Positions 11,974-20,468 of a DNA stretch of 32,000 nt are shown here, piece by piece. The stretch spans positions 3,480,001-3,512,000 of the forward strand of contig NZ_CP021983.2 in assembly GCF_002075285.3 (NCBI RefSeq). Direction: 5' to 3'. The stretch's first letter is position 1; the number at the start of each line of letters is the position of its first letter. The stretch is from Halomicronema hongdechloris C2206. Its GTDB lineage: Bacteria > Cyanobacteriota > Cyanobacteriia > Phormidesmidales > Phormidesmidaceae. The notes under the pieces are model-generated. The model was not told the origin of the DNA and ran no database searches. It worked only from the letters and a program-made list of their open reading frames with translations. The translations under genes and the position numbers were made by a program.

Positions 11974-13806
11974 TTACAAATAGCTACTAGCCTGCCGGGT
12001 GAACATGAGGTGGTACTGGCCTTGCAAGGCCATGAGTTGGTCGTGGTTGCCCTGTTCGATGATCTGACCATGCTCTAGGACGATGATGCGATCGCACAGT
12101 TTAGCCAGGGCCAGGCGGTGACTGACTACCACGGCCATGCGCCCTTGGGCAATGGCCCGGAAGATGGCATAGATTTCCTGCTCATTTTTGGGATCCAGGG
12201 CGGCGGTGGGCTCATCAAAGACCAGCAGGTCGGCCTCCCCCAGGCGCATCAGGGCCCGGGCAATGGCCACCCGTTGCCATTGGCCGCCAGAGAGATCGGT
12301 GCCGTCTTCCAGCTGTTTACCCAGGGGGGTGTCCAGACCGTGGTCTAGCTCCGTGAGTAGGGTGTCGATGCCCGCCTCCCGCAGGCTGTTGGCAATGGCC
12401 CCATCGGCGCTGAGCTTAGGCAGATAGCCCCAGCCCACGTTTTCTCGCAGGGTGGCCGGGAAGCGGGCATAGTCCTGCATGACCACGGCGATGTGCGATC
12501 GCAACTCCGGCAGCGATAGCCGCCGCAAATCTTGACCGTGCCAGCGAATCTGCCCGGCTGTGGGATCATAGAGCCGACAGAGGAGCTTAGCCAGGGTGGT
12601 TTTGCCGGCTCCGTTTTCCCCCACCAAGGCCACCATTTCCCCCGGCCGCACGGCAAAGCTGATATCGTGCAAGGTCGCTTTATCGGCTCCCGGATAGGCA
12701 AAGGACACCTGATCGACGATGATGCCGGGCTCTGATGCCGGTGCTGTTGCCAAGGGCCGCAGCCGCTGACTGCCGGTATGCAGCTGCGGTTCCAGATCCA
12801 GAAGCTGAAAAATCGGTGCCGTCGCCAGGGCCACGTCGTAGATGTCGCCGGTATTACCAATCAACAAATAGAGGCTACGGCGCAGCTGCAGAATGATGCC
12901 GGTATAGAGGGCTAAATCTCCCAGGGTGAACTGGCCACCCAGGACACCCACCACTACGTAGATATAGGGCAGGGCCACGCCCAGACCGCCCACCAAGGCC
13001 CACATCACCACGGCAAAGGCCCCTTCGTAGCGCACCCGCTGCATGCTGCGAAAGGTCTGATCGAATAGGCCCTGCCAGCGATGCAGCAAGATATCTTGAA
13101 TCGAAAACAGCCGCACCTCCTTGGCATAGTCTTCGCTGGTGATGGCCTTGGCATAGATGTGCTTGCGGCGAGTGGCCCCGGCCTGGGTTTCTTCCACCCG
13201 CCAGCTTTTGCGGTGATGGCGCATTTCCACCAGAATCGAGGGAGCCGAGGAGGCCAGCAGCATCAGCGGCACCCACCCGGCGATGGACACCGACACTAGC
13301 ACCGATGGCACCAGGGTAAATAGGCCCATGATTAAGGCCGCCACGATGAAGGCCAGCCGCTGCATGCGGCCCAGGCCTTTCTCACTCAGTTCCAGCAGAT
13401 TCAGCAGGTCGGGCCGCTCAAATAGGGCAATATCGTCGAAGCCAGCCACTTTTTCCAGTACCCGGCCCCTGCAGTAGCCCTCGACCCGGTCCCGCAGGGC
13501 GGCAAACAGGGACGTCCCTATGGCATCCACTGAATCGACGATGAGGTTAAGGCTGAGGGCGACGAGGACACACCAGAACAGCAGCGAATTGTCTAGGAGA
13601 GCCTGGATTGGGTTGGCCACATTCCCGTTGGCGATGCCAGAGGCCTCATCGATCACCACTTTGCCGAGAAATAGAGAGATCGATGGCCCGGTGCCGGTGA
13701 GTAAATTGAGCAGGGCAATGTTGCGCAGCTCCATGGGAGCCGCCTGGGCCACCATGGTCACACTGCGCCGTAGAGCCTGCATGGGGGTAAATTCTTTGGG
13801 TTGCAT
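11974..13806 (-). CDS. ABC exporter, fused permease/ATPase (MsbA/ABCB type)
   Basis: 610 aa. N-terminal multi-TM domain. Walker A is GENGAGKTTL, the signature is LSGGQWQRVAIARAL, Walker B is LLVFDEPTAALD, and the H-loop is VVVSHR. Confidence 0.92.
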   Translation of the reverse strand: MQPKEFTPMQALRRSVTMVAQAAPMELRNIALLNLLTGTGPSISLFLGKVVIDEASGIANGNVANPIQALLDNSLLFWCVLVALSLNLIVDSVDAIGTSLFAALRDRVEGYCRGRVLEKVAGFDDIALFERPDLLNLLELSEKGLGRMQRLAFIVAALIMGLFTLVPSVLVSVSIAGWVPLMLLASSAPSILVEMRHHRKSWRVEETQAGATRRKHIYAKAITSEDYAKEVRLFSIQDILLHRWQGLFDQTFRSMQRVRYEGAFAVVMWALVGGLGVALPYIYVVVGVLGGQFTLGDLALYTGIILQLRRSLYLLIGNTGDIYDVALATAPIFQLLDLEPQLHTGSQRLRPLATAPASEPGIIVDQVSFAYPGADKATLHDISFAVRPGEMVALVGENGAGKTTLAKLLCRLYDPTAGQIRWHGQDLRRLSLPELRSHIAVVMQDYARFPATLRENVGWGYLPKLSADGAIANSLREAGIDTLLTELDHGLDTPLGKQLEDGTDLSGGQWQRVAIARALMRLGEADLLVFDEPTAALDPKNEQEIYAIFRAIAQGRMAVVVSHRLALAKLCDRIIVLEHGQIIEQGNHDQLMALQGQYHLMFTRQASSYL

Positions 13807-13971
13807 AGAGAGCGACTGGGCCAGGGGGGAAATTCGAGCCTAGGCAGTACCTCAGTGACCGAGAAGCCAATTTCGAACTGCGCCGACTCTAACTGTGTGT
13901 CGCCCAGGCCTCGAGTGTGACACCAGTAGCCTAGTAGACTGTGGTCTGGTTGGCTGGAATGCCGGGGGCTA

Positions 13972-14065
13972 GTACAGAAAGGCAGAAGGCAGAAGGGGAA
14001 TTCTCGACGTATCAAGGCTTCTGCCTTGAACCAACAGGGGGGCTATTTCCGCCGACGAGTACTAG
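13972..14065 (+). repeat. dispersed heptamer-repeat/hairpin element, copy B
   Basis: Starts CAGAAAGGCAGAAGGCAGAA (GGCAGAA x2 at 13981..13994), then the same 33-nt core (13995..14027) and a tail matching copy A with scattered mismatches to ~14065. The perfect 10-bp stem AAGGCAGAAG / CTTCTGCCTT flanks the core. Same orientation as copy A. Confidence 0.85.
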
Positions 14066-14231
14066 GGATTAAGACGGTTGCCGTGGTTTATATCGCGACA
14101 TTTTGCTTATCACCTCCCCATGGGTTTTTCACGATAATTGAGTAGGTTGGAAGAGAGGAGGCACCTGCTCTTCGCCGGGCTCCTATCTCCCCGACGTCTG
14201 ACTTCCCTGGAATCCCATGCAGAACCCTTGC

Positions 14232-15742
14232 TTAAAGGCTCGTGGGTACCAAATATCCCAGATCGGCTAAGACCCGGTGGGCGCAGGCGAAGCCAGAGAA
14301 GGCCACGGCGTTGAGCCCCTGTCCGGGAAAGGTGCTATCGCCGACGCAATAGAGCCCCGGCACGGCGGTGCGATTAAAGGGCATGCCCAACAATCCCCAG
14401 GGTTTGCCCCGGGGAATCGGCCCATAGGTGCCGTCACAGCGGCCCAGGAAGCGGCGGTGGCTGCGAGGGGTGCCGATTTCTTTTAACTCAACGGCCTGGC
14501 TGAGGCCGGGGAAGAGGCTCTCTAAGCGGGCAATCAGCGCATCAGCGGCTTGGGTTTTCTGGACCTGGTACTCGCTGGGAGCAAGCCCCTGCCACTGGCT
14601 CAACCAACTGGGGGTAAAGGCATGGAGGATATGGCGACCGGGCGGGGCCAGGGAGGGATCCAAGCCGGTAGGAATCGACACAAACAGGGTACCGCCGCTG
14701 GCTGCCATGGCCTGCCAGTCCTCTAGCAGGATATGATGGCAGTCGACGTTGGCAGGAAGTATGTCGGCGTCGATGCCCAGATGCAGGCTGAGAAAGCTGG
14801 GGGATTTTTGATAACGCCGTTGCCAGCGCCGTTCGGCAGCGGGTAATGGCTGGTGGCGCAGCAGGGAGCCGAAGGTATCCCAGCGGGTGGCGTTAGAGAT
14901 GATCCGCCGGGCTCGATAGACCTCGCCGCTGGCGGTGCGGACGCCCACGGCCCGGCCTGCCTCGGTGAGAATCTCGGTGACCCGGCTGCGGTAGCGGATT
15001 TGGCCGCCGACCTGGATCAGCCCCTGAGTTAGGGCCTGGGCAATGCTCCCGACGCCGCCTTTGGGATAATTGACGCCGCCATAGTGGCGATCGCTGAAGA
15101 CCATGCCGGCGTTGATCAACGGGGTGCGGTCGGCGGGGACCACCGACCAGCAGTAGCATTCCATGTCGATGAAGCGCAACAGCTCTGGGTCGTGCAGATG
15201 GCGACGTGCGATCGCACCCACCGTCAAGGGCAGTCGCCGGGCTAGGCCCAGACAGGAGCCCGGATGCTGCCAGACCATGCGGGCCAGATAGCGGGGCGCT
15301 TCCAGAGACAGCAACTCCATGCGATTGAGGCAGTGGAACACCTGCCAGCATTCGTCATAGAAGCGACGGATGCCCTGGCGTTCCTGGGGAAAGCACCGGC
15401 CCAATTCAGCCAGGAATTGCTCATAGTCCCGATGCACCCGCAGCGAGATCCCGGGCAGATGGTAGTGAATCTGCACCGGGTCCGGCACAGCCTCCACATG
15501 CTGACCTACTGCGGCCAACGCCCGCGTCAGCAGATTCGTGGTGCCCTGCTGCCCCAGGCCAAAGATCATGGAGGCGCCCACATCAAAGTGGTAGCCCCCG
15601 CGCTGGAAGTAACCGGCACTGCCTCCTGGAATCAGATAGCGCTCTACAGCACCAGTACTCGGGCTCCCCGGGCGGCCAACTGGGTGGCGGTGACCAGCCC
15701 ACCGATACCGGCCCCGATCACAATGGCGTCGAACTCAGACAT
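14232..15742 (-). pseudogene. crtH: CrtI-family FAD-dependent carotenoid isomerase (crtH/CRTISO-like) interrupted by a frameshift
   Basis: The ATG at 15742 gives [32 protein letters not shown], then TAG (15646..15644). A -1/+2 shift at that point continues [31 protein letters not shown]... into the 449-aa ORF 14232..15581, which ends ...GLYCVGDSTFPGQGLNAVAFSGFACAHRV. The joined product would be ~500 aa, the normal length for this family. Confidence 0.8.
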
Positions 15743-15881
15743 GGGCTATTAGCCGTGAGTAGCTACCACGGGATGATGGCAAGATCCCGGACAAATCTCA
15801 GTGATGACTGGCGCCATTTCCCCCGTAGCCTTTATTATCAACGGTAATCTGGCATCTTCAGGGCTATACTGAGGGGTTCCT

Positions 15882-16634
15882 ATGACCAAAGTCCACATCG
15901 ATTTACCTAACTTTCCAGGTCCAGCTGCCAGGACCGCTGAATCTGCGGCAACTACGCCACCGGCCTCTGCTCCTAGGGCGACGACCGCTCCCAAGCCAGA
16001 TGTGGAACCGCCATCGACGGCTGTGTCGCCCTATCCAGTGCAACCAGGAGTACTGCCGAAACCGACCTTGCCGCGGATGAAGCGCCCTAGTCTGGGTAGC
16101 CATCGCCACGATGCCAACGCGGTTCAGGCGATCGACCTCATGCAGACTCTGCAACAGACCATCAGTGGTTGGCATCAACAACTGCGGCAAACCCTGCTAG
16201 AGATTCAAGCCCTCTACATGGAAGGGCCCATTGTCGAGGGGTGGCTGGCGCCGGTAGACGACCCTAATCAACCCCTAGCTGCCCCAGGCCTTGACCCTAG
16301 CATGTGGCGCCACGGCGACTTGGATCAGGTGAAGCAGCAGGTAGAGCATCTCTGTCGACAGGCGACGCAGCAATCTAGAGCGGCCTCAGCGCCTGCATCT
16401 GTCTCTACCTCGTCCGGGTCTCAACAGACCACCCAGTACCAACTCTGTAGTCTGGATGCCGATGGTCGCCTCCAGTGTCAGCCTTGTCCCCCTGAGGAGC
16501 TGGCGGTAGTGACTTTGGCCATTGCCCGCCATAAGCAATTGCGGCAGCGGCTGAATCAGAAGGGCTATTTAGAGGCCCGGTTAAAACGGGCGGCGGAGTT
16601 GCTGCGCCAGGTGCAGCAGGAATTGACGGCTTAG
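15882..16634 (+). CDS. hypothetical protein (Pro/Ala-rich N-terminus, coiled-coil-like C-terminus)
   Basis: 250-aa ORF with GAGGGG upstream of the ATG. No recognisable motif. The C-terminus has a CxxxxxxxxxCxxC pattern (CSLDADGRLQCQPC). It is divergent from crtH and convergent with the DUF427 gene (9-nt gap). Confidence 0.55.
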   Translation: MTKVHIDLPNFPGPAARTAESAATTPPASAPRATTAPKPDVEPPSTAVSPYPVQPGVLPKPTLPRMKRPSLGSHRHDANAVQAIDLMQTLQQTISGWHQQLRQTLLEIQALYMEGPIVEGWLAPVDDPNQPLAAPGLDPSMWRHGDLDQVKQQVEHLCRQATQQSRAASAPASVSTSSGSQQTTQYQLCSLDADGRLQCQPCPPEELAVVTLAIARHKQLRQRLNQKGYLEARLKRAAELLRQVQQELTA

Positions 16635-16643
16635 GGCACTCGT

Positions 16644-17138
16644 TTACCACCCCCAGGTGCCGGCTCCCCCCTTGAAGGGACCGACGATATCTTGAGTGAT
16701 CCAGCCGCCGTAGAAGTCTCCCGCTTGAGCCTGTACCTGCTCATCGTTTAAGTAGCAGGCATCCATCTGATTGGGATAGACGGCGATGTAATGTTGGATG
16801 GCCTGAAAGGCTGGGGTGGGTTGGGGATAGCACCAGGCGGCATGCTCGGCTCGTCGGTCACCGACGGTAATGGTGAAGTAGGCGGCGGCCCCTTTCCACT
16901 CGCAGGCTGTGCGGCGGCGAGTCGGGGTGAAGTATTCCTGGCGCACGTCTTCGGGGGGAATGTAATACACCGGCGGATGGCTGGTCTCTAGCACCCGCTG
17001 GGTGCGTTGGCTATCGGCAATGACGACATCGTTAAAGACAACGCGAACCCGCCGGGAGGAGGGTTCCAGGCGAGGAGGACGGGGGTAGTCCCAAACGGAC
17101 TCTTGGCCGGGACCGGGTTCGATGCGAGAGATAGGCAT
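16644..17138 (-). CDS. DUF427 domain protein
   Basis: From ATG 17138: MPISRIEPGPGQESVWDYPRPPRLEPSSRRVRVVFNDVVIADSQRTQRVLETSHPPVYYIPPEDV...CEWKGAAAYF...AWCYPQPTPAF...IAVYP. This is characteristic of DUF427. The ORF-track start at 17198 would overlap the upstream gene. Confidence 0.75.
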   Translation of the reverse strand: MPISRIEPGPGQESVWDYPRPPRLEPSSRRVRVVFNDVVIADSQRTQRVLETSHPPVYYIPPEDVRQEYFTPTRRRTACEWKGAAAYFTITVGDRRAEHAAWCYPQPTPAFQAIQHYIAVYPNQMDACYLNDEQVQAQAGDFYGGWITQDIVGPFKGGAGTWGW

Positions 17139-17179
17139 GGCATTCACGGCATAGACAGCAGACAGAGCGTAGGCAAGGG

Positions 17180-18880
17180 TCAGAGTTCCTGGCGCCAATT
17201 TTGTAGCTCTTGCTGGGCCTGATCGTAGGCAGCGGTGCCCTCGGGGATCAGTTCGGCCGCTGCGATCGCAGCGGCAAACCGTCCCTGGGCGGCTCGGGCC
17301 CGAGCAATCACTAGGATATCTTCACTCCACTGATCGATGCGGTCTTGGGCAATCTTGCCCTCGGGAGACGCCGGTGGAATCTGCTGCAGCTGCAGAATCG
17401 CCGCTTGAAAGGCAGAGGCCTGGCCCGGTTGCAGTGAGGCCTGGGCCTGTTGCAGGATCTGGCGGTGCTGCTGGCGGTGCTGCCAATATCGAATTCGCTC
17501 CTGGGCCATCTGGTGCAGTGTGGGTTGATCGGCAGGCACCAGCTGGGCCGCTGCGATCGCATCCTGGAGATTGCCGGTTGCGGCTCGCCCCTCAGCCAAA
17601 TCCAAAATGATGCGGCTCCAGCGCAGGATATCTTGCTGGGCCTGCTCATAGCCTGGGTCTTCTGGAGAGACTTGTCTGGCAGTCTTAATGGCATCTACAA
17701 ACGCCGAGGCCGACAGGGGTTGCAACTGGGTGCGGGCCTGATCCAGAGCGGGTGGGGCCTCCTGATGGCGGCCTAAGTTATCCGGTGTCGGTCGCATCGC
17801 CTCCGGGGAGGAGCGGCTCATGGCGGTTTCTGCCAGGGGGGCTTCATCGCCAGCTGCTGATGGCCCATTGCTGGTCGGGGCCGACGGCTCTGGCTCTGGG
17901 GCTTGCCCCTGTAACCACTGGGGGGTGTACCCCAGTAAGGCCCCCAGGAGTAGCAATCCTAACCCAGCTAATCCGGGGCGCAGCCAGGCTAGTCGGGTCG
18001 GCGCCGGCTGTTCAGCATCCATAGGCCCAGATACCGGGACCAACTCCGAGCCAGAGGGCGGGGTGGGCTCCGGGGCCGTCGTTGCCGCCGCAGTTGGGGC
18101 TGGGGCTGACACCGAGCTCTCTGCTGGGGTCTGGCTGACAGTATCTGCCGGTAATACCAGTAAAAATTTCTGCTCCGGTGGCACCACCGCCACTGGATTT
18201 TGCACCGGTCGCAGATGATGCCGACTCAATGCTGGCAGGTGATTGGTCACATACTCTGCCAATTGGCTTAGGGTGCGGCAACCCCGATAGCGCAGCCCTT
18301 CCAACAAGGCCGCTGTGAACAGGCCATGGCGTAGGGCCAATGTCTCGTAGGAAAACTGCTCGGGCTGGCAAGACAGTAGCAATGGTATGCCTAAGCTCTC
18401 GGCCAGCTCCACAGTTTGGACGCCAAGGCGCTGGCCAGGCACAGCCGCCTCACTGCGGTTGATATCGAGCACCACAATTCCATGGCGGGTGGGTAACTGC
18501 TTCAGAGTATCAAACACCTGGGCTATAGGAATGGCCGTCTGGGCTGGTTGCCGGGGGTCTCCATCGATGGGAAGCAAATAGTCTTCCCCTTGCCAAACCA
18601 CTCCATAGCCACTGAAAAACCACCACACCACATCGTCCGCGGCGATGGGACTCTCCAGGAGTTGGGTCAAGGACCGTTGCAGCTGCTGCCGATCTGGATA
18701 GCGTCGCTGGGGCTTTACCGCCGGGGAGATGTCACTGAGGAACTGACACCGCTCCGGAGCCATGCCAGCCTCATCGAGGCAAACATTGTGCAGCTCTTCG
18801 GCGTCAAACTGAGCAAACAGTAGCGGTTGCAAGGCTTGATATTGGTTGATACCGGCGATAACGGCCCAATAATTCGCCAT
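17180..18880 (-). CDS. peptidase C14 (orthocaspase)-like protein lacking the His-Cys dyad, with a TM segment and four C-terminal helical repeats
   Basis: 566 aa. The N-terminal caspase-fold pattern is YWAVIAGINQY...DDVVWWFFSGYG...YLLPID...GIVVLDINRSE. Tyr92 (codon 18605..18607) replaces the catalytic His of SGHG. Asn141 (18458..18460) replaces the Cys of D-x-C-H-S-G. A Pro/Ala linker follows, then the hydrophobic LAWLRPGLAGLGLLLLGALLGY, then four ~35-aa repeats of the form F..AI..A..(V/I)P......Y..AQ..I..W. Confidence 0.85.
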   Translation of the reverse strand: MANYWAVIAGINQYQALQPLLFAQFDAEELHNVCLDEAGMAPERCQFLSDISPAVKPQRRYPDRQQLQRSLTQLLESPIAADDVVWWFFSGYGVVWQGEDYLLPIDGDPRQPAQTAIPIAQVFDTLKQLPTRHGIVVLDINRSEAAVPGQRLGVQTVELAESLGIPLLLSCQPEQFSYETLALRHGLFTAALLEGLRYRGCRTLSQLAEYVTNHLPALSRHHLRPVQNPVAVVPPEQKFLLVLPADTVSQTPAESSVSAPAPTAAATTAPEPTPPSGSELVPVSGPMDAEQPAPTRLAWLRPGLAGLGLLLLGALLGYTPQWLQGQAPEPEPSAPTSNGPSAAGDEAPLAETAMSRSSPEAMRPTPDNLGRHQEAPPALDQARTQLQPLSASAFVDAIKTARQVSPEDPGYEQAQQDILRWSRIILDLAEGRAATGNLQDAIAAAQLVPADQPTLHQMAQERIRYWQHRQQHRQILQQAQASLQPGQASAFQAAILQLQQIPPASPEGKIAQDRIDQWSEDILVIARARAAQGRFAAAIAAAELIPEGTAAYDQAQQELQNWRQEL

Positions 18881-19087
18881 CCGATTCCCTCTTATTGCGC
18901 AATGGTTGATGTGGTCGTGAAATTGACGGATTTCTGCCCAGTGTATAGAGTTAAGGTGCTCAACTGGCAGGTTGCCGCCAGTTACCCCTACTCCAGGTCT
19001 CAGGCCACCGTTGATCTGAGGGACACAACCGCTCTCGACCTGGATTTGGAATAGACCTGATGGCTAGTCTATCGAGAGGATTGTGCC

Positions 19088-19498
19088 ATGACACCGCCCA
19101 TCTGCCTAGAGACATCCCGCCCCTGCCGCCATCCCCTGCCGGCCCTGGCCCTGTCGCTCTTGCTGGGGGTAACCGGTTGGGCTGTGGACACGACAACCCA
19201 GCCCCCGGCTGTCCAGGCCTATACGGCTCGGGTCAGCCTGTTTCTGACCCGGGAATTCGGTGAGAGCTATGAGAGCCTGATCCAACGGGCAGAAATCACG
19301 GCTCGGGCGGCCACCCAGCGTAGCTTCGATGTCGATCTACTAACCACTGAGGTGATTGTGATGGTGGTCGGCGAGAATCAGGGCCTATCGGTTCCCATTT
19401 TGACGCTGCAAGTGTCGCGCAATCAATGGCGTCAGCGCCCCGACCCTCAGTATTGGTCGACCTATTATGAAAATGCTGAGGCCTTGTTGGATTTCTAG
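19088..19498 (+). CDS. hypothetical secreted protein
   Basis: 136 aa. N-terminal signal-like segment LPALALSLLLGVTGWAV...AVQA. GAGAGGA upstream of the ATG. No family recognised. Confidence 0.55.
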   Translation: MTPPICLETSRPCRHPLPALALSLLLGVTGWAVDTTTQPPAVQAYTARVSLFLTREFGESYESLIQRAEITARAATQRSFDVDLLTTEVIVMVVGENQGLSVPILTLQVSRNQWRQRPDPQYWSTYYENAEALLDF

Positions 19499-19591
19499 TG
19501 AGACCAGCAAAGTAAAGCTGACGCAATCCCCGATGCTACCGGATCTAAGCTAGGCTGCTGCCAGCGTCAATACTGCCCTAATGCCATTGCT

Positions 19592-20311
19592 ATGACTGCT
19601 CCCCATATTGAAGTTCTACCCGATAAGGCTGCCCTGGTTGAACGGGCACTCACTCTCTCGGTGCAGTTAATCCAAGATGCGATCGCACAGCGGGGCCGCT
19701 GTACCCTGGCCCTGGCCGGCGGCAGCACCCCCAAGCCCCTCTACGAAGCCCTAGCCCAGACCAATCTACCCTGGTCATTCCTGCATATTTTTTGGGGAGA
19801 TGAGCGCTACGTCCCCATCGATCACCCCGACAGCAATGCCGGCATGGCCAAAACTGCCTGGTTAGAGCGGGTCCCCATTCCTCCGCAGCAGATTCATCCG
19901 GTCCCCACTGCTGCTGGCGACCCAGCAGCCGATGCCCACCAGTACGAACAGAGCCTGCGTTCTGTTTTCCCTGACGCCGATGTTCCTACCTTTGATCTGA
20001 TTTTCCTGGGCATGGGTGACGATGGCCATACCGCCTCTCTCTTCCCCCACACCGAGGCCCTGCAGGTCCGAGATCGACTGGTCACCGTCGGCCATAAAGA
20101 CGGCCAACCCCGGATCACCTTCACCGTTCCCCTGATCAACCAGGCCCGCACCGTGCTGTTTCTCGTGGCCGGTGCCAACAAGCAACATGCCCTCAGTCAG
20201 GTGTTTGCCGAGGAAGGTGACGCCCAGATGTTCCCGTCCCGGTTAATTCACTCCCAGTCCCTGTGGTGGCTCTTAGATCATGGGGCGGGTCAGGCCCTAT
20301 TGCCCCGCTAG
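19592..20311 (+). CDS. pgl: 6-phosphogluconolactonase
   Basis: 239 aa. Contains LALAGGSTPKPLYEAL, FWGDERYVPIDHPDSN and LGMGDDGHTASLFP motifs. Confidence 0.92.
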   Translation: MTAPHIEVLPDKAALVERALTLSVQLIQDAIAQRGRCTLALAGGSTPKPLYEALAQTNLPWSFLHIFWGDERYVPIDHPDSNAGMAKTAWLERVPIPPQQIHPVPTAAGDPAADAHQYEQSLRSVFPDADVPTFDLIFLGMGDDGHTASLFPHTEALQVRDRLVTVGHKDGQPRITFTVPLINQARTVLFLVAGANKQHALSQVFAEEGDAQMFPSRLIHSQSLWWLLDHGAGQALLPR

Positions 20312-20468
20312 GGAGAGTCACCCCTTGCTCCCCTGCTACGAATAGTGGGGTCAAACCTACACCCCAATTTAATAGGAAGCTTCCTAAAAACCTTAAAATC
20401 TTTGGTTAAGCTCTGCTATGTGAGCTTGCCTTGTCTTATATCATGAACGCAACCATCGAAAATCTGTC

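Noticed and set aside
12118-13870. Many ORFs overlapping the ABC exporter gene on both strands (for example 12345..12860, 12875..13276, 13520..13843)
   Set aside because: Same reasoning. The 610-aa frame carries all the ABC motifs, and the others are compositional artefacts.
14277-15752. ORFs overlapping crtH (14893..15351, 15242..15499, 15264..15752 and others)
   Set aside because: They are off-frame or antisense to the CrtI-family frame. ORF 15264..15752(+) spans the frameshift site only because the opposite strand is coding.
17115-17123. GGGTTCGAT, reminiscent of a tRNA T-arm
   Set aside because: It lies inside the DUF427 coding frame, and no acceptor, D or anticodon arms can be drawn around it. 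I found no tRNA gene anywhere in the window.
17311-18823. Numerous ORFs overlapping the orthocaspase-like gene on both strands
   Set aside because: This is a high-GC, Ala/Pro-rich gene, so alternative frames stay open by chance. None has motifs or an RBS.
18827-19263. ORFs 18827..19054(+), 18960..19196(-) and 19060..19263(+) in and around the divergent spacer
   Set aside because: They overlap each other and the better-supported signal-peptide ORF starting at 19088. They are Pro/Gly/Arg-rich with no RBS.
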